From an uncultured Alphaproteobacteria bacterium (GTDB lineage: Bacteria > Pseudomonadota > Alphaproteobacteria > Methylaequorales > Methylaequoraceae): a stretch of DNA of 64,000 nucleotides. Below, piece by piece: positions 36,357-45,998 of this stretch (positions within the stretch are counted from its first letter, which is position 1; each line of letters begins with the position of its first letter). The notes beneath the pieces were generated by a model, which worked only from the letters and a program-made list of their open reading frames with translations, was not told the origin of the DNA and did not search any database. A program made the translations under genes and the position numbers. The DNA is taken from positions 12,476-76,475 of the forward strand of contig CACBON010000005.1 of NCBI GenBank assembly GCA_902540805.1, written 5' to 3'.

Positions 36357-37510
36357 TTCTTTTTAAACCAGCTGTGAATCTTTTGCACAGCTTCAAGAAC
36401 TAAATTTTGTTTTGATGAAAAAGACAATCTAACTGTTCTCGAGCCAAATTTCTTGTCAAAATCTATACCTGGTGTTAAAACCACACCAGTATCATTCATC
36501 AGCTTATTTACAAATTTGAAAGAATCTAGTTTAGTATTTTGTATATCAATATAAAAATAGAATGATCCCTGTGGTTTACTAAATTTAATTATAGGAATAT
36601 TTTTTAATATTTCCAAAACTGCGTTTCTTGTGGAATGGTATACTTTTACAATTTCGTTTAATTCATTTATTGAATCAAATACTTTCAATGCAGAGTATTG
36701 TGCAATATTTCCTGATGAGATAAAAAGATTTTGCGATAATTTTAAAAAATTTTCTTTTAATTCATTTGGAATTATTGCCCAACCAAGTCTCCACCCTGGC
36801 ATGCAAAAAAACTTAGAAAAGCTATTAATGACTATTGCTTTATTTCCATAATTAAGCATGGACTTTAATCGTTTCCCATATTCAATTCCGTGATAAATTT
36901 CGTCTGATATCAAAATTACTTTTTTTTTTTTGCAGTGTTCATAAACAAATTTTAATTCACTATCTGTGAATGTCTGACCGTTGGGATTATTAGGGTTTGA
37001 TATTATAAGTCCGTCAATTTTTTGCTTTGAGATGAAAGAAAGATCAATTTTATCAATATTATTTTTATCAGGAAAAATTTCCACCACGTCAATATTTAAA
37101 GATTTTAGTATGTTCCTGTAAGCTGGATATACCGGATTAAATATTGCCACCCTGGAATCTTTATCGAAACATGATAAAAAAGTTAATAAAAATGCCCCAG
37201 AAGAACCTGTTGTTATAAAGATTTGCTCAGAATTTATTTTTAAATTATATCTATATTTATAAAATTCCGAAATTTTCTCTCTTAGTTCTTCTATTCCATT
37301 TGAAGGTGTATAACCTGGAAGTGAAAGTTTAGATAATCTTGAAGCTTCCTTTAAAACACCTTTTGGAGTTTTCGGAATTGGTTCACCCAATTCTAGATGA
37401 AAGATTTTTTTTCCGTTCGCTTCAAGTTTATTGGCATTGTATAATAATTCCATTACATAAAATGGATCTATATTGGATCTATTGGCTGGAAGATAAATTC
37501 TGTTTGTCAT
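36350..37510 (-). CDS. class I/II PLP-dependent aminotransferase (aspartate/aromatic type)
   Basis: It has the PLP Lys block NSFSKFFCMPGWRLGW and a NPNNPNG block. Confidence 0.85.
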   Translation of the reverse strand: MTNRIYLPANRSNIDPFYVMELLYNANKLEANGKKIFHLELGEPIPKTPKGVLKEASRLSKLSLPGYTPSNGIEELREKISEFYKYRYNLKINSEQIFITTGSSGAFLLTFLSCFDKDSRVAIFNPVYPAYRNILKSLNIDVVEIFPDKNNIDKIDLSFISKQKIDGLIISNPNNPNGQTFTDSELKFVYEHCKKKKVILISDEIYHGIEYGKRLKSMLNYGNKAIVINSFSKFFCMPGWRLGWAIIPNELKENFLKLSQNLFISSGNIAQYSALKVFDSINELNEIVKVYHSTRNAVLEILKNIPIIKFSKPQGSFYFYIDIQNTKLDSFKFVNKLMNDTGVVLTPGIDFDKKFGSRTVRLSFSSKQNLVLEAVQKIHSWFKKNY

Positions 37511-37543
37511 TCGAAAATACTGAGTTAAATTATACTAATTTTT

Positions 37544-38842
37544 ATGAGAATACTAATAACTTTTGTAATAATTTTTTTCTATAGTTCTATTAAAGCAAAT
37601 TCTATTAATGTAATTAGAGATGCTGAGATAGAAAATCTTTTGAAAGATATAAGTAAAATACTTGTAAAAGGAACACAACTCGAAAATGATGTTTTAACTT
37701 TTTATTTAGATAATCAAAAATTTATAAATGCATTAGTGACTCCTGATAAAAAGTTTTTTTTTACAACTGAATTGTTACTAAAAAGTAAAAGTGTTGAAGA
37801 TGTCGCAGGCGTTATTTCTCACGAAATTGGACATATTATTGGTGGACATTTTCAAAAAAGACAAAAACAAATGAAAAAAACTTCCGTTATAAATATTTTA
37901 TCTTCCATCCTTGCAGTTGGAGCAATTGCTGGTGGTGCTTATGATGCAGGATCGGCAATATTAATGGGTGGACAAAATCTTAGTGCTGCTAGAATGTTAG
38001 CTTTTTCTCGATCTCAAGAATCCTTAGCAGATCAAACGGCCATAAGATTACTAAAAAGAAATGGTTTCTCACTTCAAGGATTGATTAATATTTTTGGTGA
38101 AATTCAGAGAAATGAAAAATTAAGAAAAATAAACCCATATTTTCTTACTCATCCACTTTCAACAGAAAGAATCAGAAATATAAAGATTAATTTTGAAAAC
38201 CAAAAAACAAAAAAATATATAAAACTTAATGCTAGGTTTAAGTTGGCAAAAGCTAAACTAAATGGATTTTTTTTAAAAAAAGAACAAATAGATCACTTGT
38301 ACCCAAAATTAATTAATTTAGAGAGTTTCTATGCACATGCTCTGCATAATTATAGGATTGGAAAAATTGATTTAGCCATGAAATATATCGATAAATGTAT
38401 TCAAAAAGATAAGAAAAATCCATATTTTTACGAACTGAAAGGTCAGATGTATTATGAAAGTGGCAATTTTCAAAATGCAATAAAATCATTTTTCATTTCT
38501 AAATCCATATTACCTAATGAAAAAGGGTTTGAATTGTTTTTAGCAAAATCGCTTTATCACAGTAATGTTAGAGACAACCAAGAGAAATCGATAGAGCTTT
38601 TATTGGAATATGTAAAAAAAGATGAATTTCCCATTGAAGCGTGGCATTATTTAGGGTTAAATTATGGAAAGTTGAAAAAAATAGACTATTCTTCTTATGC
38701 ATTTGCAGAAAAATATTTGTTAACCGGAAAGATTGAAAGTGCTAAAATACACCTTGATAGAGCGACAAAAATAACTAAAGACCCTGTTCTTAAAAAAAAA
38801 TTATCAGACCTTAATTATGAAATGAAAAGAAGAAAAAAGTGA
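37544..38842 (+). CDS. periplasmic M48 metalloprotease with TPR domain (BepA/YfgC-like)
   Basis: It has a signal peptide, HEIGHIIGGH (HExxH), and TPR-like repeats in the C-terminal half. Confidence 0.8.
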   Translation: MRILITFVIIFFYSSIKANSINVIRDAEIENLLKDISKILVKGTQLENDVLTFYLDNQKFINALVTPDKKFFFTTELLLKSKSVEDVAGVISHEIGHIIGGHFQKRQKQMKKTSVINILSSILAVGAIAGGAYDAGSAILMGGQNLSAARMLAFSRSQESLADQTAIRLLKRNGFSLQGLINIFGEIQRNEKLRKINPYFLTHPLSTERIRNIKINFENQKTKKYIKLNARFKLAKAKLNGFFLKKEQIDHLYPKLINLESFYAHALHNYRIGKIDLAMKYIDKCIQKDKKNPYFYELKGQMYYESGNFQNAIKSFFISKSILPNEKGFELFLAKSLYHSNVRDNQEKSIELLLEYVKKDEFPIEAWHYLGLNYGKLKKIDYSSYAFAEKYLLTGKIESAKIHLDRATKITKDPVLKKKLSDLNYEMKRRKK

Positions 38843-39264
38843 AAAATATTTTAATTATTAATGGTCCTAACTTAAATTTACTTGGAGTAAGAGAAGTAGA
38901 GTTATACGGCACAAAGACTCTTAAAGAAATAGAGGAAGAGTGTTGTGAAATATTTAAAAACGACAAATTAAATTTAGATTTTTTCCAAAGCAACTCAGAA
39001 AGTGAAATCATTGATAAAATTCAAATTTGTAAAAGTTATGATGGAATGATAATTAATGCTGGAGCATTTACACACACTTCAATTGCAATTCATGACGCAC
39101 TAAAAATGGTTAAAATTCCAAAAATTGAAGTACATATTTCAAATATTTACAATAGAGAGGAGTTTAGAAAAAATTCTTTTATAAGTCCTGTAGTTAATGG
39201 TATTATAGCTGGATTTGGTACTCAAGTTTATCAAGTTGCAATTAGCTCATTAAAATATTTGTAA
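38839..39264 (+). CDS. aroQ: type II 3-dehydroquinate dehydratase
   Basis: It has [26 protein letters not shown] and HISNIYNRE. The GTG start overlaps the upstream TGA. Confidence 0.93.
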   Translation: MKNILIINGPNLNLLGVREVELYGTKTLKEIEEECCEIFKNDKLNLDFFQSNSESEIIDKIQICKSYDGMIINAGAFTHTSIAIHDALKMVKIPKIEVHISNIYNREEFRKNSFISPVVNGIIAGFGTQVYQVAISSLKYL

Positions 39265-39265
39265 A

Positions 39266-39700
39266 ATGAAAAAACAAGATAATAAAATAATTGATGATGT
39301 AGACTTTTTATCACAATTAATGGAAAAAAATAATCTGAAAGAATTGGAAATTTCCGATGGTAAAGTTTCTTATAAATTAAAAAAAAATCAAAGTGAAATT
39401 AAAAAAAATACAAATTTCAAAAAAGTCGTCGATGCTTCTAATAAAGCACAAAATGATCAAAAATCTGAAACATCACTAAAGTCACCATTGGTCGGAACAG
39501 CATACTTAAGCCCAGAGCCAGGTGCAAAACAGTTCATCGAGGTAGGTCAAAATGTAAAAATTGGTCAAGTTCTTCTAATAATTGAGGCCATGAAAACGAT
39601 GAATGAAATAGTTGCCGATAAAAATGGGACCGTAAAGAAAATATATGTTAAAAATGAAACACCAGTCGAATTCGGCGAACCTCTTATCTTAATTGAATAA
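39266..39700 (+). CDS. accB: biotin carboxyl carrier protein of acetyl-CoA carboxylase
   Basis: The biotinyl-lysine motif is EAMKTMNEI, and the gene lies directly upstream of accC. Confidence 0.92.
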   Translation: MKKQDNKIIDDVDFLSQLMEKNNLKELEISDGKVSYKLKKNQSEIKKNTNFKKVVDASNKAQNDQKSETSLKSPLVGTAYLSPEPGAKQFIEVGQNVKIGQVLLIIEAMKTMNEIVADKNGTVKKIYVKNETPVEFGEPLILIE

Positions 39701-41034
39701 TGCTTAAAAAAATTCTAGTTGCTAACAGAGGCGAGATTGCTCTAAGAATCTTAAGAGCATGTAAAGAACTTGACATCAAAACGGTTGTTGTCCATTCTAC
39801 TGCAGACGAGAAAGAAATGTTCGTAAGATTGGCTGATGAAAGCGTTTGCATTGGTCCCCCACAAGTCAAAAATTCTTATTTAAATATTCCTTCAATAATT
39901 TCAGCAGCAACAATTGCTAACGTTGACGCAATTCATCCTGGAATTGGAATGTTATCAGAAAATTACAATTTTGCAAAAATTGTTAATGATCATGGGTTTA
40001 AGTTTATTGGTCCAAAATATGATCACATTGAAAAAATGTCTGACAAAGTAAAAGCAAAAAATTTTGCCAAAGAATTAGGGCTTCCAATTATTCCAGGAAG
40101 TAAAAAAAATATTAAAAACTTCTCTGAGGCAAAGAATATTTCCAAAGAAATTGGATATCCAGTTTTAGTCAAAGCAACCAATGGTGGAGGCGGAAGAGGA
40201 ATAAAGAAAGTTTATAACGAAAGTGAACTTAAAGATAACTTTTTATTGGCAAAAAAAGAAACAATTCAAAGTTTTGGTAATGACAATGTATACATCGAAA
40301 AGTTTATTGAAAATCCAAGACACATAGAAGTACAAATCATTGGAGATAATAATGGAAATTTAATTCATGTAGGAGAAAGAGAATGCTCTATTCAGAGGAG
40401 AAATCAAAAAATCATTGAGGAATGTCCTAGTCCTGCAATTACTGAAAAAGAAAGACAAAAAGTCTGCAATATTACCTTGAATGCATTTGAAAAAGTGGGT
40501 TACCAGAATTTAGGAACTGTTGAATATCTTTACAGTAAAGGAAATTTTTTTTTCATTGAAATGAACACTAGACTTCAAGTAGAACACACGATAACTGAAG
40601 AAGTATTTAATATTGATATTGTAAAAGAACAAATAAATGTAGCTTCTAACGGCAAACTATCATTAAATCAGAATGACATACAAAAAACTTGTCACTCCAT
40701 TGAATGCAGGATTAATGCGGAGAATCCAATCACAATGTTTCCTTCAACTGGATTAGTTCAAACATACCATCCACCAGGTGGTCCAGGGATAAGGATCGAT
40801 TCGCTTCTTTATTCAGGTTGTAGTGTTACCTCTTTTTACGATGGTTTGGTTGCAAAAATAATTTCAAAAGGAAAAAGCCGAGAAGAATGCATTATGAGGC
40901 TTAAAAGAGCCTTAGATGAATACGTTATTGAAGGTATAGAAACTAATATTCAAGTTTTGAAAACAATTTTAAGTCATCAGGAATTTTTGGACGCTAAATT
41001 TGATATTAGTTGGTATGATAGGCTGAATTCATAA
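39700..41034 (+). CDS. accC: biotin carboxylase
   Basis: It has KILVANRGEIALRI, GGGGRG and EMNTRLQVEH. Confidence 0.96.
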   Translation: MLKKILVANRGEIALRILRACKELDIKTVVVHSTADEKEMFVRLADESVCIGPPQVKNSYLNIPSIISAATIANVDAIHPGIGMLSENYNFAKIVNDHGFKFIGPKYDHIEKMSDKVKAKNFAKELGLPIIPGSKKNIKNFSEAKNISKEIGYPVLVKATNGGGGRGIKKVYNESELKDNFLLAKKETIQSFGNDNVYIEKFIENPRHIEVQIIGDNNGNLIHVGERECSIQRRNQKIIEECPSPAITEKERQKVCNITLNAFEKVGYQNLGTVEYLYSKGNFFFIEMNTRLQVEHTITEEVFNIDIVKEQINVASNGKLSLNQNDIQKTCHSIECRINAENPITMFPSTGLVQTYHPPGGPGIRIDSLLYSGCSVTSFYDGLVAKIISKGKSREECIMRLKRALDEYVIEGIETNIQVLKTILSHQEFLDAKFDISWYDRLNS

Positions 41035-41037
41035 ATT

Positions 41038-41664
41038 ATGTTTTTGTCAACTGATCTTGTTCTTAAGGCCTACGAAAAAGGTATATTCCCGATGTCGGAT
41101 TCTAATTTCGATCCCTACATATACTGGGTTGAGCCTAAAGAGAGAGGTGTTATAGATTTAAAAGAATTTAAAGTTTCTAAAAGTCTAACTAAACTAATAA
41201 AAAAAAAAACTCATACAATAGAAATCAATTCAAATTTTGAAAAAGTAATTAATCTTTGTGCGAAAAACAAAAAAAGAAAAAATTCCTGGATTAATAAGCA
41301 AATTATTGAAAATTACACAAAGCTTCACAAAATGGGTTTTGCCAAATCAATTGAATGTTATTTTGATAAATCGTTAGTTGGGGGATTGTATGGAATTATT
41401 GTTGGAGGAATCTTTTGTGGGGAAAGTATGTTTAGCATAAGAGAGAACGCAAGTAAGATTGCATTAACTTATTTGGCTGCATTATTGAAACAAGGGGGAT
41501 TTAAATTTATAGATACCCAATTTTATTCTGATCATTTAAAGCAATTCGGCACTAAAAAGATTTCTAGAGATAAATATCTAAAATTACTCAAAGATAATAA
41601 ACTTAAAGAAAATCTGACTTTTCCAGAACGACTTGAAAAGAATGTTTTAGATTATTTTAAATAG
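41038..41664 (+). CDS. aat: leucyl/phenylalanyl-tRNA--protein transferase
   Basis: It has YEKGIFPM, SWIN and GESMFS blocks. Confidence 0.9.
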   Translation: MFLSTDLVLKAYEKGIFPMSDSNFDPYIYWVEPKERGVIDLKEFKVSKSLTKLIKKKTHTIEINSNFEKVINLCAKNKKRKNSWINKQIIENYTKLHKMGFAKSIECYFDKSLVGGLYGIIVGGIFCGESMFSIRENASKIALTYLAALLKQGGFKFIDTQFYSDHLKQFGTKKISRDKYLKLLKDNKLKENLTFPERLEKNVLDYFK

Positions 41665-42055
41665 ACTCTTTATTATTTAGAAAAATAGGGTCTTCAATAA
41701 GACATTTTTCTAGTTTTATATCATAAATTGGATTCTTAGGTGCATTTAAATATTGAGTTGATTTAAAAATCCATCCAAAAAAAACCTCCTCCTTATTAAA
41801 TTTATTTTTTAGCTTATGAGTCATAAGGGCTATCTCATCATTTTGCCCTTCACTTTCTACTTTAACGCATCTGTGAATTATGATACTTGAATTGTAAAGT
41901 TCTATTGTTTGAGAAAGCGGAGTAGTGAAATAATTTTTTTCGTTTGTAGCTTTATCTAAAACCCTTAGAATAGCACCTTGACATTCAACTTCTTCAGCGA
42001 TTACCAAGCTGAAATTTATTAGAATTAAAGATATTAAATTAACTAGAAAACTCAT
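41657..42055 (-). CDS. DUF2155-family exported protein
   Basis: It has a signal peptide and an AILRVLDKATN...C block. It shows the typical alphaproteobacterial neighbourhood with aat and the NDUFA12-like gene. Confidence 0.6.
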   Translation of the reverse strand: MSFLVNLISLILINFSLVIAEEVECQGAILRVLDKATNEKNYFTTPLSQTIELYNSSIIIHRCVKVESEGQNDEIALMTHKLKNKFNKEEVFFGWIFKSTQYLNAPKNPIYDIKLEKCLIEDPIFLNNKESI

Positions 42056-42276
42056 TCTTTGCCAATTGAAAACTCTAAACTATTCATAATTTTTATAATT
42101 TTTTTTTTAAAATCCTTTTCATCACAACCTATCAAAATTGCATCATCATAAGCATTCTGAAGAACTGAACAAACCTCAACAAAATTTTCGTTTAGAACTT
42201 TGTTGGTTTCTTCGCATGAAATAATTTTATTATTTTTGTCAATCCATAAAAATTCTTTGTCATTCAATTTATTCAT
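42052..42276 (-). CDS. hypothetical protein (74 aa)
   Basis: The ORF overlaps both flanking genes by ATGA-type junctions, which supports translation. I recognise no domain. Confidence 0.4.
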   Translation of the reverse strand: MNKLNDKEFLWIDKNNKIISCEETNKVLNENFVEVCSVLQNAYDDAILIGCDEKDFKKKIIKIMNSLEFSIGKE

Positions 42277-42278
42277 AC

Positions 42279-42728
42279 TTATTGCGTTGCTAAAAAAATT
42301 ATTCTGCTAACCTGATCCTCAATCGATTCAAAATCTTTAACATTTTTAATTTCACTATTAGCTTTTAAAAAATTTTTGTTATCTCTGTTAATTGGTGTAA
42401 TTGATAAATATTTATTTCCAAGAATACCATCATTTGAAACTTCAATGCTTACTTCCTCAGGAATATTAATTGTTGAATAGACTTTAAAAGTTACTTCTGC
42501 AAAATATTCCTTATCAAGTCTAACATCACTTACAACTCCAATCTTTACACCACTCATTTTCACATCATTGCCTATCATTATTCCCCCTACCTTTATAAAC
42601 TTGGCTTTTAAAAGATAATAATCTTCTGATTTTTTATCTGAGTTGACGTCTATGAATTTTAATAGAAAAGAAAGAGCGATTAATAATGTTACCCCACCTA
42701 AGATTGATTCAATATAATTTTGTTTCAT
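42279..42728 (-). CDS. mlaD: MlaD-like MCE-domain protein
   Basis: It has an N-terminal TM helix and an MCE core (AKFIKVGGIMIGNDVKMSGVKIGVVSDV...GILGNKYLSITP). Confidence 0.75.
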   Translation of the reverse strand: MKQNYIESILGGVTLLIALSFLLKFIDVNSDKKSEDYYLLKAKFIKVGGIMIGNDVKMSGVKIGVVSDVRLDKEYFAEVTFKVYSTINIPEEVSIEVSNDGILGNKYLSITPINRDNKNFLKANSEIKNVKDFESIEDQVSRIIFLATQ

Positions 42729-43177
42729 AATCCTTTATTTTTTTCACCAATTAATATTATTTTTCTCAAAAGTTCTTCTATAACAATTGAATCCTCAGCA
42801 TAAGAAAATTTTTCTCCATTTTTTAAATACACATCATTACCACCAACTTCAATTAACAAGAATTTTTTTCCAAAAAGTCCATCGGTTTGAATTGAAACAG
42901 AAGAATCATCTGAGATCCTTAAATTTTTTTTAACATTAATTGATATTTGAGGATAATTGTCCTTAATTAATATTTCTTTTACTTCACCGACTTTTATACC
43001 AGAGATGACAACATCTGTTCCAACCGAGACTCCGTCAATTTTGTTAAACGTTGCAATATAGTTATTAAAATTGCTATCTTCTCTGTTCTTTTCAGTGAAA
43101 ACAAGGTTGATCAGAATTATAAAAGCAATAATTCCGTAAAAAAACTTTTTTATTCTTATTTTTTTTTCGGTTTCCAT
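42725..43177 (-). CDS. second MlaD-like MCE-domain protein (tandem paralogue)
   Basis: It has an N-terminal TM helix and an MCE core (ATFNKIDGVSVGTDVVISGIKVGEVKEI...GLFGKKFLLIEV). Its start overlaps the NDUFA12-like stop by 22 nt. Confidence 0.7.
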   Translation of the reverse strand: METEKKIRIKKFFYGIIAFIILINLVFTEKNREDSNFNNYIATFNKIDGVSVGTDVVISGIKVGEVKEILIKDNYPQISINVKKNLRISDDSSVSIQTDGLFGKKFLLIEVGGNDVYLKNGEKFSYAEDSIVIEELLRKIILIGEKNKGL

Positions 43178-43524
43178 ATTGAATAAACATTTTTGATTTT
43201 TGATGAATCCTTTTTATCTTTGTACTCATAAGCAAAAGGAGTCCCAGTAAGATTTGGAGTGTGTTCTTTAATCCAAAATGGTTTATTAGCTTTACTATCT
43301 GGAACATCGTCAGTTATGTGATGAAGCCATGCATTCCATTCTTGAGGTATTTTACTTGCCTCAACATTTCCCTTATAAATTACAAATCTTCGTTTCCTAA
43401 AATTATTTTTTTGGGACGTTTGTTTTTTTTGGAAATATTGATTTCCATAATTGTCAACACCAATTTTTTTTGCAAAAAAGTTACAATATATTTTAAAAAA
43501 CCAAGAATTATATGATAAGCTCAT
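43156..43524 (-). CDS. NDUFA12-like protein (complex I 17.2-kDa subunit family)
   Basis: It matches the NDUFA12 family pattern: YGNQYFQ...RRFVIYKGNVEASKIPQEWNAWLHH. Confidence 0.8.
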   Translation of the reverse strand: MSLSYNSWFFKIYCNFFAKKIGVDNYGNQYFQKKQTSQKNNFRKRRFVIYKGNVEASKIPQEWNAWLHHITDDVPDSKANKPFWIKEHTPNLTGTPFAYEYKDKKDSSKIKNVYSIWKPKKK

Positions 43525-43550
43525 GATATTATAAATAATTATATTACCTT

Positions 43551-44387
43551 ATGAATAAATATAACGATTTAAAAAACTTTATCGACAACTTTGTTGAAAA
43601 AATCAACCATCATTTGGTTAATAAAAATCAAAAAAATGTGAAATATGCATTGAAAAAGATTAATAATGATAAAGAAATTTTAATGAATCAAATAAAAGAT
43701 ATTTTAGGAAATGACATTGATAAAGTCGATTCAGCCTATAGAAGGAAGCTTCCTCACAGGAGAAAAGGATACACCCAAAAAGCATCTATTAACAAACACA
43801 AGGTTTATTTAAGAACCGGAGAGTATATGGACGGTTCATTAGGTGAAATATTTATTGATATGCACAAAGAGGGTGCGGCGTTTAGAAGCTTAATGAATAA
43901 TTTTGCAATAGCAGTTTCAATAGCGTTACAGTATGGAGTTCCATTGGAAGAATTTGTTGAAGCTTTTACTTTCACAAGATTTGAACCAAGCGGGCAAGTT
44001 CATGGTAATACAGAAATAAAGTTTTCGACATCAGTGCTTGATTATATTTTTAAAGAATTGGCTATATCATACCTAGGAAGAGACGATTTTAGTAATCAAG
44101 ATCAAAATCAAACTACTGAACTTTTTCCTGACGAAAATATAAATAGTAAAAAGAAAGATGCTGAAATTGTCTTAAAGGAATTTACAAGCAAAGGCTATAT
44201 AAGAAAAAAGGTTTTTGACAACAATCTTACTTTAATTACCAATGAAAATGAAAAATCTCAAACTAAGAAAATTCAAAATGACTACAAATTTGAAGGCGAT
44301 CCTTGTGACAAATGCGGAAACTTTACAATGTATAAAGAATCGAAAAAATTTAAATGTTTAACCTGTAATCACGAAATTGATGAATGA
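43551..44387 (+). CDS. stand-alone NrdJ C-terminal (TSCPD-region + zinc-ribbon) protein, NrdJb-like
   Basis: Residues ~65-180 carry [74 protein letters not shown]. This is collinear with the C-terminal part of long class II RNRs. The C-terminus is CDKC-x13-CLTC. Confidence 0.75.
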   Translation: MNKYNDLKNFIDNFVEKINHHLVNKNQKNVKYALKKINNDKEILMNQIKDILGNDIDKVDSAYRRKLPHRRKGYTQKASINKHKVYLRTGEYMDGSLGEIFIDMHKEGAAFRSLMNNFAIAVSIALQYGVPLEEFVEAFTFTRFEPSGQVHGNTEIKFSTSVLDYIFKELAISYLGRDDFSNQDQNQTTELFPDENINSKKKDAEIVLKEFTSKGYIRKKVFDNNLTLITNENEKSQTKKIQNDYKFEGDPCDKCGNFTMYKESKKFKCLTCNHEIDE

Positions 44388-44865
44388 TTTTTTTGAAAAA
44401 AAATTAAACGAATGCAACATAAATAGATATCTTCCAAAAAATAACTCACTAGCAAATTATCTTCCATTTTTATTAAGCAACAATTTTGTATTTATATCAG
44501 GGCAACTTCCAATTACCAAGAGAGGAATTGAATCGCCTGGGAAAATCAAAAAAGAAGTAATTTTAAGTAATTATAAAAAAGTAATGGAAATTACAACTTC
44601 AAATCTTTTGTGGAATTTAAATGATTGTATTAAAGATTCACAAAAAACGATAATCGATGTTAAGTGCTGTTCTATTAAAGGTTATTTTAATTGTGATCAA
44701 GAATTTGAAGATCATTCAGCTTTATTAAATTTTACATCAGATTGTATTGTAAAAGTACTAGGTACAAATGGAAAACATAGTAGAGTTGCAATAGGTGTTT
44801 CGAGTTTACCGAAAAACTCTCCAGTTGAAATTGAAGGAATATTTTCTATTTCATATATGAGTTAA
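44380..44865 (+). CDS. RidA/YjgF-family protein
   Basis: It has FVFISGQLP and [26 protein letters not shown] 44380 overlaps the upstream stop by 8 nt. Confidence 0.8.
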   Translation: MNDFFEKKLNECNINRYLPKNNSLANYLPFLLSNNFVFISGQLPITKRGIESPGKIKKEVILSNYKKVMEITTSNLLWNLNDCIKDSQKTIIDVKCCSIKGYFNCDQEFEDHSALLNFTSDCIVKVLGTNGKHSRVAIGVSSLPKNSPVEIEGIFSISYMS

Positions 44866-44867
44866 AA

Positions 44868-45998
44868 ATGAAAATTGAATTAATTTCTTCTATCAAAAAT
44901 GCAGAATATTTTTGTAAAGCAAACTTTTCTGACAATTCACCTTTTTTAAAGTACAGTTTTTTTAAGCTATTAGAAGATTCTAAATGTACTGATGAAAATT
45001 CTGGTTGGATTCCTCAACATTTTATATTTAAAGAAAACAACGAAATAGTTGCATTTGTCCCAAACTTTAAAAAATTAAATTCAAATGGCGAGTACATCTT
45101 CGACCATATGTTTGAAAATGCTTATTATCAAATTGGATCAAATTATTTTCCAAAATACCTATCAGGCATCCCATTTACTCCAGTAACAAGGCTAAAATTT
45201 ATTTATTCAAAAAATTCTATTGACCAAGATAAAGTCATTGATCTTATTCTTAAAGTTTTAAAAGAGAAGAATATATCTTCATTTCATGCAAATTTCATTG
45301 ATTTTGAAATTTCAAAAAAACTTGAAAAATATAAATTTTTAAAAAGGATTGGTATACAATACCATTGGGTAAATGATTCTTTTTCTGATTTTAATGATTT
45401 TCTCAACTCAATGAAAAGTAGAAAGAAAAAAACAATAATTAAAGAGAGAAGGTTTCTTAAGGATTATGGAGTTTCATTTATATGTAAAGAGGGAGAAATG
45501 ATTAATGAAGAAGATATTAAAAACCTATATTGTTGTTATCTCAATACAATAGAAAAAAAATGGTCCAGGCCTTATCTAAATTTCGATTTTTTTAAAGGTC
45601 TTATTAGTACAAAAACTGAAAAAAAAATCTTACTTATTTCGGCTTATAAAAATGAAAAGTTATTGGGATGTTCTATCCATTTCATAGGTAATGAAATACT
45701 TTATGGGAGATATTGGGGATGCACAGAAAATGTACCCTATTTACATTTTGAGTTGTGCTATTACCAGGCCATCGAGTATGCAATAAAAAATAAGTTACAA
45801 AAAGTTGAGGCTGGCGCTCAAGGTGAACACAAAATTTCTAGGGGTTATTTACCTAATCTCACTTACAGTAATCACTGGTTCAATAATGAGACTTTGAGCA
45901 AACCTATCCAAGACTTTCTTGAAAAGGAAAATAAAAAAACTGTTGAGGTAGCAGATTATTTATCAAAGTTTTCACCGTTCAGCGAAAACAGTAACTAA
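44868..45998 (+). CDS. DUF482 / FemAB-like GNAT-fold protein (COG3146)
   Basis: It is about 375 aa. SGWIPQH, GIPFTPVT, YGRYWG and LHFELCYYQAIEYAI...EAGAQGEHK are characteristic of this family. Confidence 0.7.
   Translation: MKIELISSIKNAEYFCKANFSDNSPFLKYSFFKLLEDSKCTDENSGWIPQHFIFKENNEIVAFVPNFKKLNSNGEYIFDHMFENAYYQIGSNYFPKYLSGIPFTPVTRLKFIYSKNSIDQDKVIDLILKVLKEKNISSFHANFIDFEISKKLEKYKFLKRIGIQYHWVNDSFSDFNDFLNSMKSRKKKTIIKERRFLKDYGVSFICKEGEMINEEDIKNLYCCYLNTIEKKWSRPYLNFDFFKGLISTKTEKKILLISAYKNEKLLGCSIHFIGNEILYGRYWGCTENVPYLHFELCYYQAIEYAIKNKLQKVEAGAQGEHKISRGYLPNLTYSNHWFNNETLSKPIQDFLEKENKKTVEVADYLSKFSPFSENSN

Noticed and set aside
39266-39700. A variant biotinylation motif EAMKTMNEI in AccB, where the usual form is EAMKMMN.
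   Set aside because: This is a conservative variation next to the biotinyl-lysine. The gene context (accB-accC) is canonical, so there is no reason to suspect altered function.
43092-43515. Track ORFs 43092-43307 (-) and 43261-43515 (+), which overlap the MlaD-paralogue/NDUFA12-like junction.
   Set aside because: They are alternative frames or strands of two genes with clear family signatures, and they have no domain content.
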